A stretch of DNA of 64,000 nucleotides from assembly GCF_009914755.1 (NCBI RefSeq), contig NC_060929.1; one strand, 5' to 3'. The notes beneath the pieces were generated by a model, which was not told the DNA's origin, did no database searches, and saw only the letters and a list, made by a program, of their open reading frames with translations. Positions 13,335 to 26,489 of the stretch are shown piece after piece; the first letter of the stretch is position 1; every line of letters starts with the position of its first letter. The position numbers and the translations under genes are program-made. The DNA comes from the human T2T-CHM13v2.0 reference genome, Homo sapiens.

Positions 13335-13745
13335 ACTATCTATCAACAGAAAGATGGACAAATAAATCATTCTGTACACAATAGACTATGGCCCAGCAGC
13401 TAAAGTGAATGAGCTAGAACTGCATGAACCAACAACACGGAAAAACCTCAAGACTATGTCAAGGAAAAAAACAGTGTGATACCATTTGTACGGGGTTTAA
13501 TATGTGCAAAATAATAGTATGTAATGTTTACTTACAGATCATAGTAAAAACATACACATGGGCATGAAAAATACCAAATTCAGAATTGTAATTACTTCTA
13601 GGGAGGCAAGGAGAGAACGAGATCTGGGAAAGATATACTAGGGTCCTCACTGACAAATCTCTGATGTTTTGTTTTTGTAAGTAAAAGCTCTGAAGCTGAT
13701 AGGGCTGTATTAATGCTGGTAGGTAGATACAAAGTTGCATTTTTA
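13335..13745 (+). mobile_element. Old L1 (L1ME/L1MC-type) 3' fragment inserted in an L2
   Basis: tcaacagaaagatggacaaataaat...aaagtgaatgagctagaactgcatg...ataccaaattcagaattgtaattacttct match L1M 3' end. Confidence 0.7.
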
Positions 13746-13759
13746 AACAGAGAAGAAAG

Positions 13760-14105
13760 TATCACCCTGATGTTTGTGTGGCAAAGACTCTGGAGGGGAA
13801 GGGGAAAGACTGGAAGAAGTATACCAATTAGGAGACTGCTGCAACTAGGAGGTTTAAGAGGGTCATGTTAAACTAGGAGATCCTAAGAGGTAGAGGAAGG
13901 GGTAGACCAATTAGGAGGTTGCTGCAATTAGGAGGTCCAGGCAAGAGACAGTGAGAAGTGAAGAAACCTGGGATATGCCTGGGAGGTGACCCAAAGCCTT
14001 GGGGATTGACTGGGACGTTAAGGGGAGGTAGAAAGTGATGGAAGGGGAGAAGGAATTTTGATGTCCAGTTTTCTAGCTATAGTAACTGGGTGATGGAGGC
14101 CCTGG
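13760..14105 (-). mobile_element. L2 LINE fragment
   Basis: accaattaggaggttgctgcaa...gtccaggcaagagacagtg...ttttctagctatagtaactgggtgatgg is antisense L2. Confidence 0.65.
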
Positions 14106-14621
14106 AGCAGGCAGAAAGCAGTGGAGAAGAAACATACAGACATTCCAGGGATAGATCAGAACCAACCACCCCCAGCACCATTCTCTAGCAAATTAAGTGA
14201 GATACAGAAATCTCCACAGACTCATAATGGGCAGTCACCATAGAATATCACGAGAATTATAAGTCATGCTTGGTGTCCGCCTCTGATGAAATAACCTAAT
14301 TAAAGAAGGGATGGAAAGGGTAGAGCTGAAGCCCCAAGTAAAGCAGCCAGCCCTTGCTTCATTCTGCCCTCAAACCTTTGGGTACAACTAGCAGAGAAAA
14401 ATGAGAGGTCTGAATGGTGTCCATGAATACTTGATAGCTCAATATAGCTTTGGGGGTGCAAATGGCTAAGAAACATGAACAGCGTCTGGCTGCCCCAGAG
14501 AAGTTACATTAGCGGTAATAACATGGAGGGCTATAGGTACAGGGTGCCGGTAATTTATTTCCCCTTTAAAGATATGTTAGGAAAGGCAGATTTAATAGTG
14601 TGGAAATTAGAATGGGTGAGA

Positions 14622-14635
14622 GATGACGTGGCAAT
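14622..14635. promoter_or_regulatory. Candidate UPRE / XBP1-CREB3-family bZIP site
   Basis: gatgacgtggcaat contains TGACGTGG with an intact CpG in non-repeat DNA; motif match only. Confidence 0.3.
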
Positions 14636-16819
14636 CATGTAGGTAACCTATCAGGCTACCCTAGCCCCAAAATGGCTGGGGTCAGCTCTCCTCCCCTAGA
14701 GGCAGCTCTGAAGCCCTCTGAACAGCTTCTTCCCTTCGCCCTAAGAAAAAATATTGCACACCTCACTCTGTTGGGCAGAATGGCGAAGCATTTAATTGCT
14801 TATTTAATTCCTGGGCTGCTGGCAGAAGGCAGGGAGAGCCTGGGCCAGCCACTCCAAACAGTATCACCCACAGGTGGAAAAAGAGATGGCTACAATAGCA
14901 ACTTTTCTTCCTTCATGCTTTGCAGATTCAATAGCTCATCATGAGGGGACAGAGTAGCATGGTGGTCTTGATCACTTTTGTTAATGAGGTATTGACTGTG
15001 CTGGGGCCAGGGCATTAGTCAAAGAAGTGAAAGAGCGTTTCAGGGAAAGGGAACAGCTCGTACAAGGGCGCAGGAGTGAGAGAACATGCAGCCTGTTAGC
15101 AGAACTGCAGCAATTCAGTTTCCTCAAAGCAGAGTGGCGGGTGGAAAGTGCCAAGAGCTGAGGGTGGGGGGCCAGGCAAGAGCACTGGTCTTTGCTTTCT
15201 CAGGACTCGGCCCTGTGCCACCCTATGCTGGGCAGATAGAAGGACGACATGGAAAGCCCTGCCCTCTAGGAGCTGACAGAGCACAGCCAAGTCTTCCTCC
15301 CCTCCTCCAACATCCTCCTCTTTCCCGGGCACCAGACTCCTGCTTCCCATACCAGGCCCCACCTGATTTCCTTCTAGGAGGGCAGTGATCACCCCGTGGC
15401 TCCACCCTCTACCCCAGAGCATTCAGTGAGCACTCTCCTCTCCAGGTCCACGAAGACTCAGTGAAAGCTCCCATCTGAGCCTCCCATAAGCACCAGCCCT
15501 GAGCCGGCAGCTACAAGCCCATTTCTGGTCAGAGCCTTCAGATAAAGGATGCCATCACCATGCACAGTACCACAAAGGACCCTGGTCCTGTCTGGTCAGG
15601 CTCCACAGGTTTAACCACAATGAAAACAACGTGCTGAGAGCAGCCACTCTCTCTCTTCAATGTGGTTCTGATTCCCTCCACATCCAACACGTGAGTGAGG
15701 GAGAAAGACCAACCAGGCCCCCAATCCCTAATTAAATTCACCACACGGCAAAGGGGTCATCCATCACTTCTTTTGTTTTCTTCTCACTCTAACAATGTAA
15801 AATGACCCTCTTAAACCAAACTAAATAAGCTCGTTTGGCCTGTCCTTTTAATGCCCCTTCATTGAAAGCATAGCCAACATATGTAGACAGGTTTCCAACT
15901 CCCTCTACTCGCTTCCACTTTGTTTCTCTTTCCAACTTTTAGGAGCCTCTGCCTATTTAGTGGTTTGGCTTCCAGGAAGGCCTCTCTCACAGATACTCAC
16001 CTGCCACTTTGCCTTGATGGGCAGTGGGCAGTTCACCAGAATCTCATAGACATTTACGAAGATAATTTTAGGGCTGTGGTTTTGCTTAACATTAATTGTT
16101 TTTTGAAGATATCTTAACAAAGCATGCAGGCAGCCATAAAATGAGTTCTGAGTTCCAGCGCTGACATCATTACTGCCTCACTAAGCAGAGGAAGATGTGG
16201 GAGCTGGGGCAGTGGATGAAGGATGGGGCTTAGGCATGACGGCCACCCTATTTGGCCACAGGCTACAGTAGGCCAGCCTTGAGCTTGGACTGCTGCCAAT
16301 GCGCATGGCATGATGTGAGGGTGGCCCACAGCTCCAGATTTGGAAACTTTATGTCAGTCATCACCCAGACTACCTACTCCAAGGCAGGTGACTCAGCCCA
16401 GGCAGGCTCCTGCAGCAGGAAATGCAAAGATAGGTAAGAGTACATGACTGATTGGCAGCACCAGGGAAACATCCCTCCAGGATGGCTGGAATAGGCTGGG
16501 CCAAGCCAGGGATGCAGATGCCAGCCCTCTGGGTAGTAGTAAATATGCAGAATTGTGTGCACCCCACAAGTCTCTTAGAGCTACTGTCACAAAGTATGGC
16601 CCCCAGAGTCACTAAGATACCTCATCCTGGGCATGTGGAAGACTGAAAGAGAAGAGAATAACTCTCTCAGGCCACCCAAGAGCACCAGTCAATCAAATTA
16701 GCATCTACCATGTGCCCAGGGCAATGCGAAATGCTGTGAAGGATCTCAAGAAATAGAAGACCCACTTTTGCTACCCATTACCTCATAGATCATTGCCTCA
16801 GGCCCTCTGACACCCCTCA

Positions 16820-17542
16820 CCTATTCTGAGTCCATCTACGTGCCACCATCTCCAGCACCAGCTCCTTTCTAGTGCAACCTAAGACTAATGTACAGCAACA
16901 GTCTCCCAACTGCAGACTCCAAACCCCAGCTCTCCCTGCCCAAACCATTCCCCACATGGCAGCCAGAGAGCACTTTTCATAACATAAATCTGTCGCCTAG
17001 CCCTCTGCATCTGCCTGAAAACCTTTCGGTGGGTTCCCATTGCTGCTAGGATGAGGACAGTACTCCACAAGGTGCATGGCCCTGGGCCATCTGGCTTCAG
17101 CTGGTCCCTCTGTGGCATCTCACCAGGCTTTCCTTACTCTCTGCAAGTGGTCTTCTTTGACCCCCTCCCATCCACTGCCTTCCATCACAGAGTATTTAAA
17201 CATGTGATGCCACTGGCTGCAATGCTATTCCTTCTCTGCTTTAACCTATTTAGCTCCTTCAAGTCTCAGCTCGAATGCCACTTCCTCAAGGAAGCATTCC
17301 CTGACTGCCTCCAACTATATCAGATCTTGCTTTTATAAACTTCTGGAGCACTGTGTGCCTCTACTTGACACATATCACTGTTTAAAATTTACATTTATTT
17401 ATGTGATCATTTGGTTAATGTTTCCCACTGAACTATAAGCTCCTGGAGGGCAAGAATTGTGCTTGTCTTTATCATCATGTGACCAGTACTCTTCAGGGTG
17501 CCCCCTGCACAATATGAGCTTAGTAAATATTTGTTGAATCAG
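16820..17542 (+). mobile_element. L2 LINE 3' portion
   Basis: ctccttcaagtctcagctcgaatgccacttcctcaaggaagc...ctataagctcctggagggcaagaa...agtaaatatttgttgaat tail. Confidence 0.85.
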
Positions 17543-18029
17543 AAAATCCTGGCATCAAAGGGCTTGCAATAGCTGGTCTAGTTTCATGAGAGGATCCATA
17601 TCTAGCTTCAATTAAATTGACATTCAGCAAAGAAAATAACCTAGTCACCCCGGAGCTGTTGAAGAAATCCAGGCAAAGAGGTTGACCAAAGTCCCCTATG
17701 TGCCAGGATACCCACCTGAGGACCATCACCTTAATCTTGACAACACGATCAGGATCTTACACTCTTTGGATGACTGTGGAGGCTCACTGATTCTGCGAAG
17801 ACTCCAGAATTCATTTAGATGTGAATCTCTGCATTCATACAACCAAAACCTGCTCTGGAACTCATATGTCCAGGAGCTTCAGGGCCCTCTCACATCAGAA
17901 CAAATGACTGTCCTGAGTAAGCTGCTGGCACCTGCTTGTTTTGCACCATTAAAAAGATGTGGCTGAGGAAGATCGAGATACTCTGGGAGATGAGGGATGA
18001 GGGAGCAGAACTATGAATTCTGCTTTGAA

Positions 18030-18215
18030 AGGAAGCAGAACTATGAATTCCAGCTCTGCAGTGCACTGGCTATGTGACCGTGGACAAGTCACTGTGCCAC
18101 TCTGGGCCAGTTTTCCCATGCACAACAAGGTCAGGTTAAGAATCACAATATCTACCTGCCAAGGCTGCATGAGGATTAAATAAGATAATGTGTGTGACAT
18201 GCCTGCCACAGGAAA
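18030..18215 (+). mobile_element. MIR SINE
   Basis: gctatgtgaccgtggacaagtcact...tgaggattaaataagataatgtgtgtga. Confidence 0.75.
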
Positions 18216-18289
18216 TTCAAATTCTAGTTTCCATTAGAAGAGAAAAATCTTCATACTAAGAATAAAATTTGGTAACACATTGTATTCCT

Positions 18290-19640
18290 TTAAAAATTTT
18301 TTTAAGTTTCTTTTTTTCTGATTCATCACAGTAATACATTTTCATTGAGACGTAATGTGGAATAGGAGATAAGAAGCCATTAAATGGGTTCAAATCTAGT
18401 TCCACTTCCTAACAGCTGTTTGACCATGGGCAAGTTACTTACCTACCAGAGTTCAGTCTCTACATTTACTAAATGGCTATGATAGTATTTCCCAATTTAT
18501 ATCCTAGTTGTAGAAATTAAACAAGACAATCTATATAAAGTACCTGATACAGTGCCTGACACACTGTGAGGACTAAGTAAATATTACAATCATCCTCCTC
18601 ACTGCTACTGGTAAAACTTCTTAAAGTCAGAATTGTACAAAAATAAGAAAGGCAAATAATTTGTAATACCACCCCCCTATAGACATAATAGAGTGTTTTT
18701 TTCGTTATATTGACATCAGTATTTTTCTGTTATGAAATTGGGGTCATGTGATATAAACTTTGTCATATTCTGACCTTTTCACTTTTTTATGTCATAATTG
18801 TTGTTTAAAAACAAATGTAAAAAAGTTTCACATATTCTATTCTATAAAAGTATCAAAATTAATCCATCATAACAGTTCACCAACAAATGTTTCATTAAAT
18901 GTTGGTTTTATAAATAATGCTGCAATGAATGCATTTCTGCATATGTCCTTGTCCTAATTTCATTTCCTTAGAAGAGACTCTGAAAGGATAAATTACTGTT
19001 TAACAAAACATATGTATTTTTTAAAATTCTCAATATATGGCTAACTGCTTTCCAGAATTTATACCTCCATGCTTTCTAGCATAGTGCTTGCCATATTGAC
19101 GGGCTGGATAAACAGCTATCAAAGGGAGAAAGGAAAGTAAGCACTATCTTTTCAAAAAATACTGGCTAATAACAGAAAGATTGTTTCTTGTTGCATTTTT
19201 CACTTCTTTGAATGCTAATGAAGTTAAACTTTTTCATGCTAATTGTTTATCTACAGTCTACGAAATTTTTTGCTCATCTCTGTCTATTTACTAGTAAGAC
19301 TTTAATACTTTTATTAATTTGTAAATGCTTTTTATATAGTATGGCTAGCATCTCCTTGACTTATTTGTGGCAACGTTTTTCTTAATTTGATTGGCGTGTT
19401 GTTTGATTTTTGACAGGTTTTAATTTTAGTGTATCCAAACTTGTTTTAAGATTATTGTCTTTATGGTTAGATGAAAACTCAACCATGTCTTCTATTACGT
19501 GTTCTAAATTTTTATACATAACTCTTCTGTATAAATACTAAACGACTGAATAAATGTATTTTGGTGGGTAGCATGGAATGCTACGTTAAAGCATTTGCAA
19601 AATCTACCTTAAAGTATCTGCAAAATCTCCCAGCACCATC
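18290..19640 (-). mobile_element. Old L1 (L1ME-type) fragments, interrupted by a MIR (+) at ~18350-18590
   Basis: AT-rich antisense L1M text (ataaataatgctgcaatgaa...tttccttagaaga...taactgctttccagaa); MIR core tgaccatgggcaagttacttacc at ~18420. Confidence 0.6.
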
Positions 19641-20179
19641 AAGAGAACAATCCTTTATGTGATGCTGCCATAACCGTTTGTCAAAGACCTACCAATGACT
19701 ATCAGGATTTATTTATGACTTGTGGATTCTAGTTCACTGTTCTGTCCATTAACTTTTTCACTGTTTACTGAGCTTTTAAGGAGGAAAAATTCATCTTCCT
19801 CAGAGTCTGAGTCAGTGGATTCTGTCACATTGTGACCCAGGAGAACACAGGGTGCTGCCACCTTATTGCGATGACAGCCACCTGTCTTAGAACCAGCCCA
19901 CACGTTGACACAATGAACCCTGTGTTCAGAAGAACATGGCATCAGTCTGACACATGCCTCCAATATCATCAATACCACTCAGGCCAGCAATGACCCTCCT
20001 TCACCTCATGGATTCCCATCTCAGCTGTGGTTTTTGTTCTCTGCGTAGTTTCTCTTAAGTTCGGGCTGGTTAGAAAAGAGCCTCCTGGGTTGCATGAGTC
20101 ACAACAGACCTAGTTTTGAGCACAAAGTTGACGAGGATGGTGCTCACCTCTCTGTGGCCGCTACTGAAACCTCATGAGC

Positions 20180-21282
20180 TCTGAGTCCTTGCTTTACCTG
20201 ACCCATCAGCTGCATTAAACCCCAATGATCTCCTCCTCCTCCTTGAACATTTATTTTGCTTCTAGGACACCACATTCTCATGAGTTTCCTCCCCCTTTCG
20301 AGCAATTTCCTCTCAGCCTCTTCTTCTACTGTCTTCTCATTTTTCCAACTTCAGAATGTCAGAGAACCCAGTTTTTAGTCATTAGGCCCCTGCTTCTCTG
20401 CCTAGGTGATGCATCTCATGGTGCTAAATACCAACTACAAGCTGATGACTCCCAAAGCTTTTACATGCCCAACCTGGGTCCCTCCCCTGACATTCAGACC
20501 ACTAGACTCAACCATCAACACAGAAGCCTCTAACGCATCCTGAAATGAACACCCATCCTTCCCTGAAAATCAGCACTTCCTGCTGCCAGCCCCCTCTAGA
20601 CTCCAGCAGCAAACTCACCAAAACATAGCCAGAACTCAGCAGCATCTTCTCGTCTCTGGCATCACCACTCTGGCCCAAGCCCCTAGTGCCCTGAGCCTGC
20701 GCTAGAGCAGCAGCCTCTAAGTGGTCTCCCTGCTTCTTCCATTTAGTCTGTGATCCCATGATATCACTCAAAGTGAAGAGTCCTTCTGTATTAGTCATGG
20801 CCCCATGGCTTCTCTGTTTTCATTGTCAAATATTTTCCACCCCCTCCACCCTCCACCAGATGTCCCTGTGATTCCTCAGACAGGCCAGATGCACCCTTTT
20901 GGGCCTCCGAACCTGCTGCTTCCCTCTCCCCAATGTCCCTGCCTCCTCACTTCATTCTAGTCTTTGCTCATTGGCAGCTTCTCAGTGAGGCCTTTCCCTG
21001 GCCCCATCTGAAATATCAAACCTCCTAAAATGAATAAAAAATAAAATGTCAACTCCTCACTTTATACCCCCACTTCCCTGCCTTACTTTTTCTCCTTGAC
21101 ACTTACACTACCAGACTCTGTGTTTTACTGATTTAGCCTGATTGCTGGCTGTCTCCCTCACCAGCATCTATGCTCCAGAAAGGCAGGCATTCCTGTCGGT
21201 TTACTGTTGCTAGAACAGTGTTTGGCACATAATAGGTAGGTACTTACTATTCATTCAGTGAATGGGAGTAAATGGATGAATT
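20180..21282 (+). mobile_element. L2 (L2a-like) LINE
   Basis: acctgacccatcagctgcatt...aggacaccacattctc...gctgatgactcccaaa...tagaacagtgtttggcacataataggt...aatggatgaat tail. Confidence 0.85.
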
Positions 21283-21300
21283 TACAAATTTGAATCCCTC

Positions 21301-21462
21301 TTTTTTTCAATTTTAATTTTTTTATTTCCATTTTTTATTTTAAGTTCTGTGATACATGTGCTGAATGTGCAGGTTACATAGGTATACATGTGCCATGGTG
21401 GTTTGCTGCACCTATTAACCCACCATCTAGTTTTAAGCCCCTCATGCATTAGGTATTTGTTG
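21301..21462 (-). mobile_element. Severely 5'-truncated primate L1PA (L1PA8-like) 3' end
   Basis: Poly(T) then tacatgtgc...ggtatacatgtgccatggtggtttgctgcacc...ttttaagcccctcatgcattaggtatttgt; TSD gaatccctctt at 21292-21302 and 21463-21473. Confidence 0.9.
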
Positions 21463-24400
21463 GAATCCCTCTTCTATAAACAAGGAAACTGAGGCTTTGA
21501 GTAGTTTAAAAACCTCCTGAGGTTGGAATTGGAACCCAGAGCCGATTCTAGAATAAGTCTTCTGTTAATGACACTGTGAGTATGAATTGAAAAGTTGGGC
21601 CAGTGACACTGTGAATAGACCCTGATGTACTTAGCAAGCCCCACTCTGTTTTACAACACAGCCGGGGATTTGTCCACTGGCATCTTTAGAATGTGGTTTT
21701 CTTGGGGAAAGAAAATAACAACAAAAAGGAAACAATACAGACATCAAGGCAACTGTCCTGTTGAGTTGTCCCAGGAAGGGAAAGGCATCAGCAAGACAAT
21801 GTCTCACATTGAGTGAAGGATCTGATTGACAGAAAAGGAGAGGAATTAATTCATCAGAACAAAAGAGACCAGAAGGACTGGACCAGCAGAGAAGCATGCT
21901 GCCCATCTAGGGGCTCCATGGATGGAATGTTGATTACAAAACAAAACAGTCCTAATAAGATTACAGCTGATAATGAATCCACTACAAAACTCTGGAACGA
22001 TGTTAGGATTTTAATAAGCATCCCCCAAAGACCATTCAGTCAATTTCACAAATACCCATTCTCATCACTTAATTCTAGTGGGGGAGAAGGACTGCTCTAC
22101 CTACCTGTTTCCAAATTAATAATGTGCTTCATTCCTGTTATGCTTCAGAAACAAAGCCACCGTAACATTTCCAGCTGTTTGGGGAAGAATTTTAATATTC
22201 TCAATGCTAATATAAACAGAACCTTATTAACTAAGTCCCAGAGATGCCCCGTTTGGGATGTAATCCAAGCCCTGGTACCAATGCCAACGTTAACATTTGA
22301 AAATACCTCATGTGCATACTTCATTTGAACAATTACAGCAATATAAGCTTTCCTCTAGAAAAATGGAAAGAAAAAGCAAAGATAATGCTGCACCACACTG
22401 AGAAAGACTGCTTAATCCCAACTTGGATAATGGCTACAGTAAACGGTACACACTGTCTCTTCTTCATCATTTTCATACCAATACTCTATCAACTCTGAGG
22501 GGCCTATACTAAAAATACACCCAGCTCTATTCCATGCAGGGGAAAATAAAATGAGAAAACAAAACCCATGAGACTTAAATGCACATTGAAACTGCACCCC
22601 AGCAAGCCACACAACTCTCAGTCCAACCGAGGCCCAGATGTGGCACTGGTACCAAGTCTCCCAGCCCACTAGCTTTGCAGCCTGTGCCTGAACATTCCAA
22701 CCTACAGGGGTGCTCAAGCCTGCTAAGGAACAATACGTGGCCAACCATCTGAGCAGAGCATGGGCTTTGCATCATTGGATGCAATCATTTCCCAATCATA
22801 CTGATCCCATTCTTATGACTCGGCCTCTAGGGACATCCCAGACTCATGTAGCTGTAGCAAATCCTCACCACTTCCAATCCCAACACAGGAAAGGCTATGA
22901 ATAGAATGATGAAAAGGAAAAACTGAAAGAAAGAAGTCATGGGGGAAGGTATGGTTTGTCTACTTGTTCAAAATCTGGACAAAACACTTGCTTGTGAATA
23001 TACTGCTAATACACAATTTTTTGAATGTTTTTCTTGTGTTGGAAATAGAAACCCAGAAGGTTTCATGCAACATGACAAACCAGAAAAGCCAGACTAATGC
23101 CCAGGACAAGCTGGTATTCCACTCCATTTGAGACCTGGTTTTATCCATCCTGATATAGTTGTATGCAGGAATGTACATACACAAATGTACATGATATCAA
23201 TTTTTGGTGTTCCCAGCATGTATAAATGCCTCCAGGAGAACCAATGAGTAAAAATTGTGTTGAACAGCCCTTAGAGGCTTTCAGTTCAAAAGTCATTTCC
23301 TCAGTTTGTAAATGAATTAGTTAGGTGTTCACAGGCTGAAACAGCTCCTTCACTTGAGGAACTCTGATTTGAAAAGGAAAATAACAGCAAAGCATTCTTT
23401 TCCTGGAATTAAAAATCAGGTCACAGTAAACTCAAAAATAACTTTGTAAAGGCTAAGGATGGGAATAGAAGAGTTCTTCTATAAATAATCACTAGCATCC
23501 ATATTCATTGTAAGCCTTTTAAACTCGCTGGACAAGTAGCTTCAGAAAATCTGTGGCTGATCTGAATATGTTACTTTAAGAACATCATACATATTCACGT
23601 CCTTGTTGCATTCTAATCAACAAATCAAAGCACTCGACTAATTAAATGTTGATTGCTTGTTGCACAAAGGTGAAAGTCAACCTTCTTAGCCAAGGTTTGG
23701 GTTATTCTAACAAATGATGATAGTTCAGCTTTTTCAAGCCATTTTGTGCTTAATGAGTACATTACCCTTAATGAAACTTCATTTAGGCTAATGATTACCT
23801 TGGTTTACCAAGTAACTAACTGATGACAGCCTGTCTTTTAATGCTCTAAATGTGGTAACTGACACCATGGACATGAGTAATAGATTTCAAATACTTTTCT
23901 GTGCTTGGCCATTGGCAGTCAACAGATGATCTAGTGTGTCCCAGCGCCCAGGTGATGAGCTCAGCCTCATCATCGAGGGAAAAAGTGGCACCTGATATGA
24001 GATCTTCACTGATAAGGTTCACGAGAGCTTCAGCATCACCACCCAGGTGTGATGAGAACATTTCCCCAAATTAGGGTGGCAAGGTTAAAGACATGTCACT
24101 CATCTCATGAAGTGAAAAAGGCGATGAATGGCTCCAGGCCTAAGCAGCTTATCATTAACTCCCTGGGGAAGTCCCAGGGAGCTGCTTCTAATTACCAATG
24201 TTCACTATATGATTTCCTTATCATTACTGCTATTTACACTTTTTTTCTTAGGATGACATTACCATGTTTACCTGAAGGGTAATGTGTGCTTTAGCTAAAT
24301 GAGAAAATCATCTTCTCTCTATAATCCTCGAGAACTTGGCATACGGGGCCACGTAAATGAATTTAAAGTATCTCACCAAGTCATCAACAGAAGTTATTTG

Positions 24401-24649
24401 CTTTATCCGGCTTACAACTTTTTGATTTATAGGGTGCTTTCTAACGTTGCACATGTAAACAAGAAACTACTTAGATCAGGAGCAATGTCACTCTTGCATA
24501 ACTGTCTCTACTTCATCAATTAATCAAGCTGATTGGAGGACATTATGGAAAATCCCTCTTAAGTAATGTGGATTAGCAATGTAGATGTGCCACCACTTCC
24601 AAAGGGAGGGGAAAAGTTGAATTCTCCCTAAACGTGGAATGTTGGCAAC

Positions 24650-24890
24650 ACACAGAGTAACTCTGGATAGTGGATATGCGCTGGGGCTCTGGATTCTGAC
24701 AGATCTGGATTTGTCCTGTACTCTGCATTTGCTTGGTGGCCTTGGGCTGGTTATCCAACCAGCTCTAGCCTTGTTTTACTCCTCTGTAACGTGGAAATAA
24801 CTACTCCTAACTCTTGGTCTGTTATGAGGCATCAATCAATATCATGCCTACAAAGTCTTTAGCCCTGGCTTAATAAATGTTAGATGCTAA
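24650..24890 (+). mobile_element. MIR SINE
   Basis: ggctctggattctgacagatctggattt...ctcctctgtaacgtggaaataacta...aataaatgttag. Confidence 0.7.
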
Positions 24891-25139
24891 TATTATTTTT
24901 TTATTTTGTTCAGAATATTTGTAGTGATATTAAGCCAGTAGCAAAACAGCTTAAAAATAGAAGACAGTTTTGTAAACCTGATGGAACAAAACCTAAAATG
25001 CTTCATGCATCCCCACTCTGTGTCTGGGAGAGCGCACTGTCTCAGCAGAAATGACTCAGCTCTGATGGAAAACTGAGGCAGCAGATTGGAAAGAGGGAAA
25101 CATATCAGTTGGTTTCTAGGACCCTTCAATAAATGGCAC

Positions 25140-25905
25140 CCTCCCCCACCTAATAGTAAAGGTAGAAATCTAAGAGCCAACCTTAAATTCACCTCATTTC
25201 TCTCATTCCCTTTGTTCAGCCCATCACCCTGTACCATAGATTCTACCTCTAAAACATACTCCCAAGACTCCCCCTCCTCTCTTGCACTTCTAGCACTTAC
25301 CCCTAGGGCAAGTTGCCCCTAGGGCAAGCTGCAATATTACAAGCAGCTTGTAACTGACCTTCCCACTTCCAACCCCACCAAATGCAGTCTCCATCCAACA
25401 GCCAGACTTGTCTGCTTCAAACCCTTGAGCAGCTTCATCCTGCCTTTGGAATAAGGTCCATATCCGAATTGACCTCCACTGACCCCTGCAATCTCATATC
25501 CCGCTCTTTTCCCCTCACTGTATATACCCTAGAAGCACTCGCCTCTGCTTCTCGAGCATGCTTAGCTTGTTCCCACCTCAAGGCCATGTGCAAGTTGTTT
25601 CGTCTGCATGAAAGGCCAACTCCACCACCCTTTGCTTGGCTGGCTCCCTCTTTGTCAAGATCCAGCTAAAAGATTTTCTCCTAAGAAGTGATAATCCCAA
25701 TGACTCCAAAGAAGATGATTTATTCCCTATCACCGTACGCCATTTGTTTCTTTACAAGTTTGCTGAAGTTGATGCTCCTTTTGCTTGTTTACCAGTTGAT
25801 CTCCCCACTAGACTATAGGCTTCACAAGAGCAAGTTCATTCACTGCCATGTTGTCACTGTGTAGCACAGAATTTGGCATGGTACTTGGTAAGAATGAATT
25901 ATTCA
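25140..25905 (+). mobile_element. L2 LINE 3' portion
   Basis: gattctacctctaaaacat...taactgaccttcccacttcc...ctccccactagactataggcttcac...gaatgaat tail. Confidence 0.75.
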
Positions 25906-25989
25906 AGCGCTGTCAAGGAGTAAAGTGAGATGTGGATGTTTCTCTACATGGTTTCAGAATGAAAAGAAAAGCCATGAATGGGAAATATG

Positions 25990-26175
25990 AGGCAGCCTAT
26001 TGCACGTCAGTGAAAGGAAGCTGTCGTGCTCTCTAAAGAGCTGTGTGCCCTGTGGGTAGTGAGTTTCCTAGGCCTGAGAATGTTCAAGCAGGGACAAGTC
26101 AACAGTTTACAGGAAATGAATAATTGGACTACACAACCTGGTAGGTGGCTTTCACCCTATGACTCCATGAGATGA
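25990..26175 (+). mobile_element. L3/CR1 LINE 3' end
   Basis: gggtagtgagtttcct...aatgttcaagcaggg...ttggactac...ccctatgactccatga resembles the CR1 terminus. Confidence 0.55.
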
Positions 26176-26489
26176 AAAAGGCTCTGCTCTTGGCAGTGAT
26201 GAATTGTCTGAGTCGGGTGGCAGGAAAGGAGACAGTGGAACTATGCACTTGGGATGCAGTGGCTCTCCCAGCTGCTGCTGTGATTGCAGATGTCCCTGTG
26301 ACCTCGGATCCTGAAACATGCCTCTTGGACTCAGTTTTAGAGAAGATGCATGATCAAGTCACAGCCACCACTGAAGGTCAAACAACATTTCTTACTTGTT
26401 ACAAACAGACTGAAGAGCATCTCTGTGCCATAATAGCCTGAGCTGGTCACTGGGGAGAGAAACAGTGGAATTAAAGAAAAAAGGAACAT

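Noticed and set aside
18001-18050. Repeated agcagaactatgaattc (and similar short pairs at ~6923, ~13823/13906, ~54950, ~60085) as CRISPR-like repeats
   Set aside because: Only two copies each, no spacer array, eukaryotic context; ordinary micro-duplications.
19709-19978. 89-aa minus-strand ORF with acidic TDSDSEEDEFF stretch, possible processed pseudogene
   Set aside because: I cannot match it to any protein and see no poly(A), TSD or convincing splice sites; TBLASTN/BLASTX would settle it.
21813-22328. 171-aa plus-strand ORF
   Set aside because: GTG start, no recognisable domain or codon pattern, no exon boundaries.
23846-24061. Protein-looking minus-strand ORF (GGDAEALVNLISEDLISG...)
   Set aside because: No recognisable family, non-ATG start and no flanking splice signals; better explained as chance within a candidate non-coding element.
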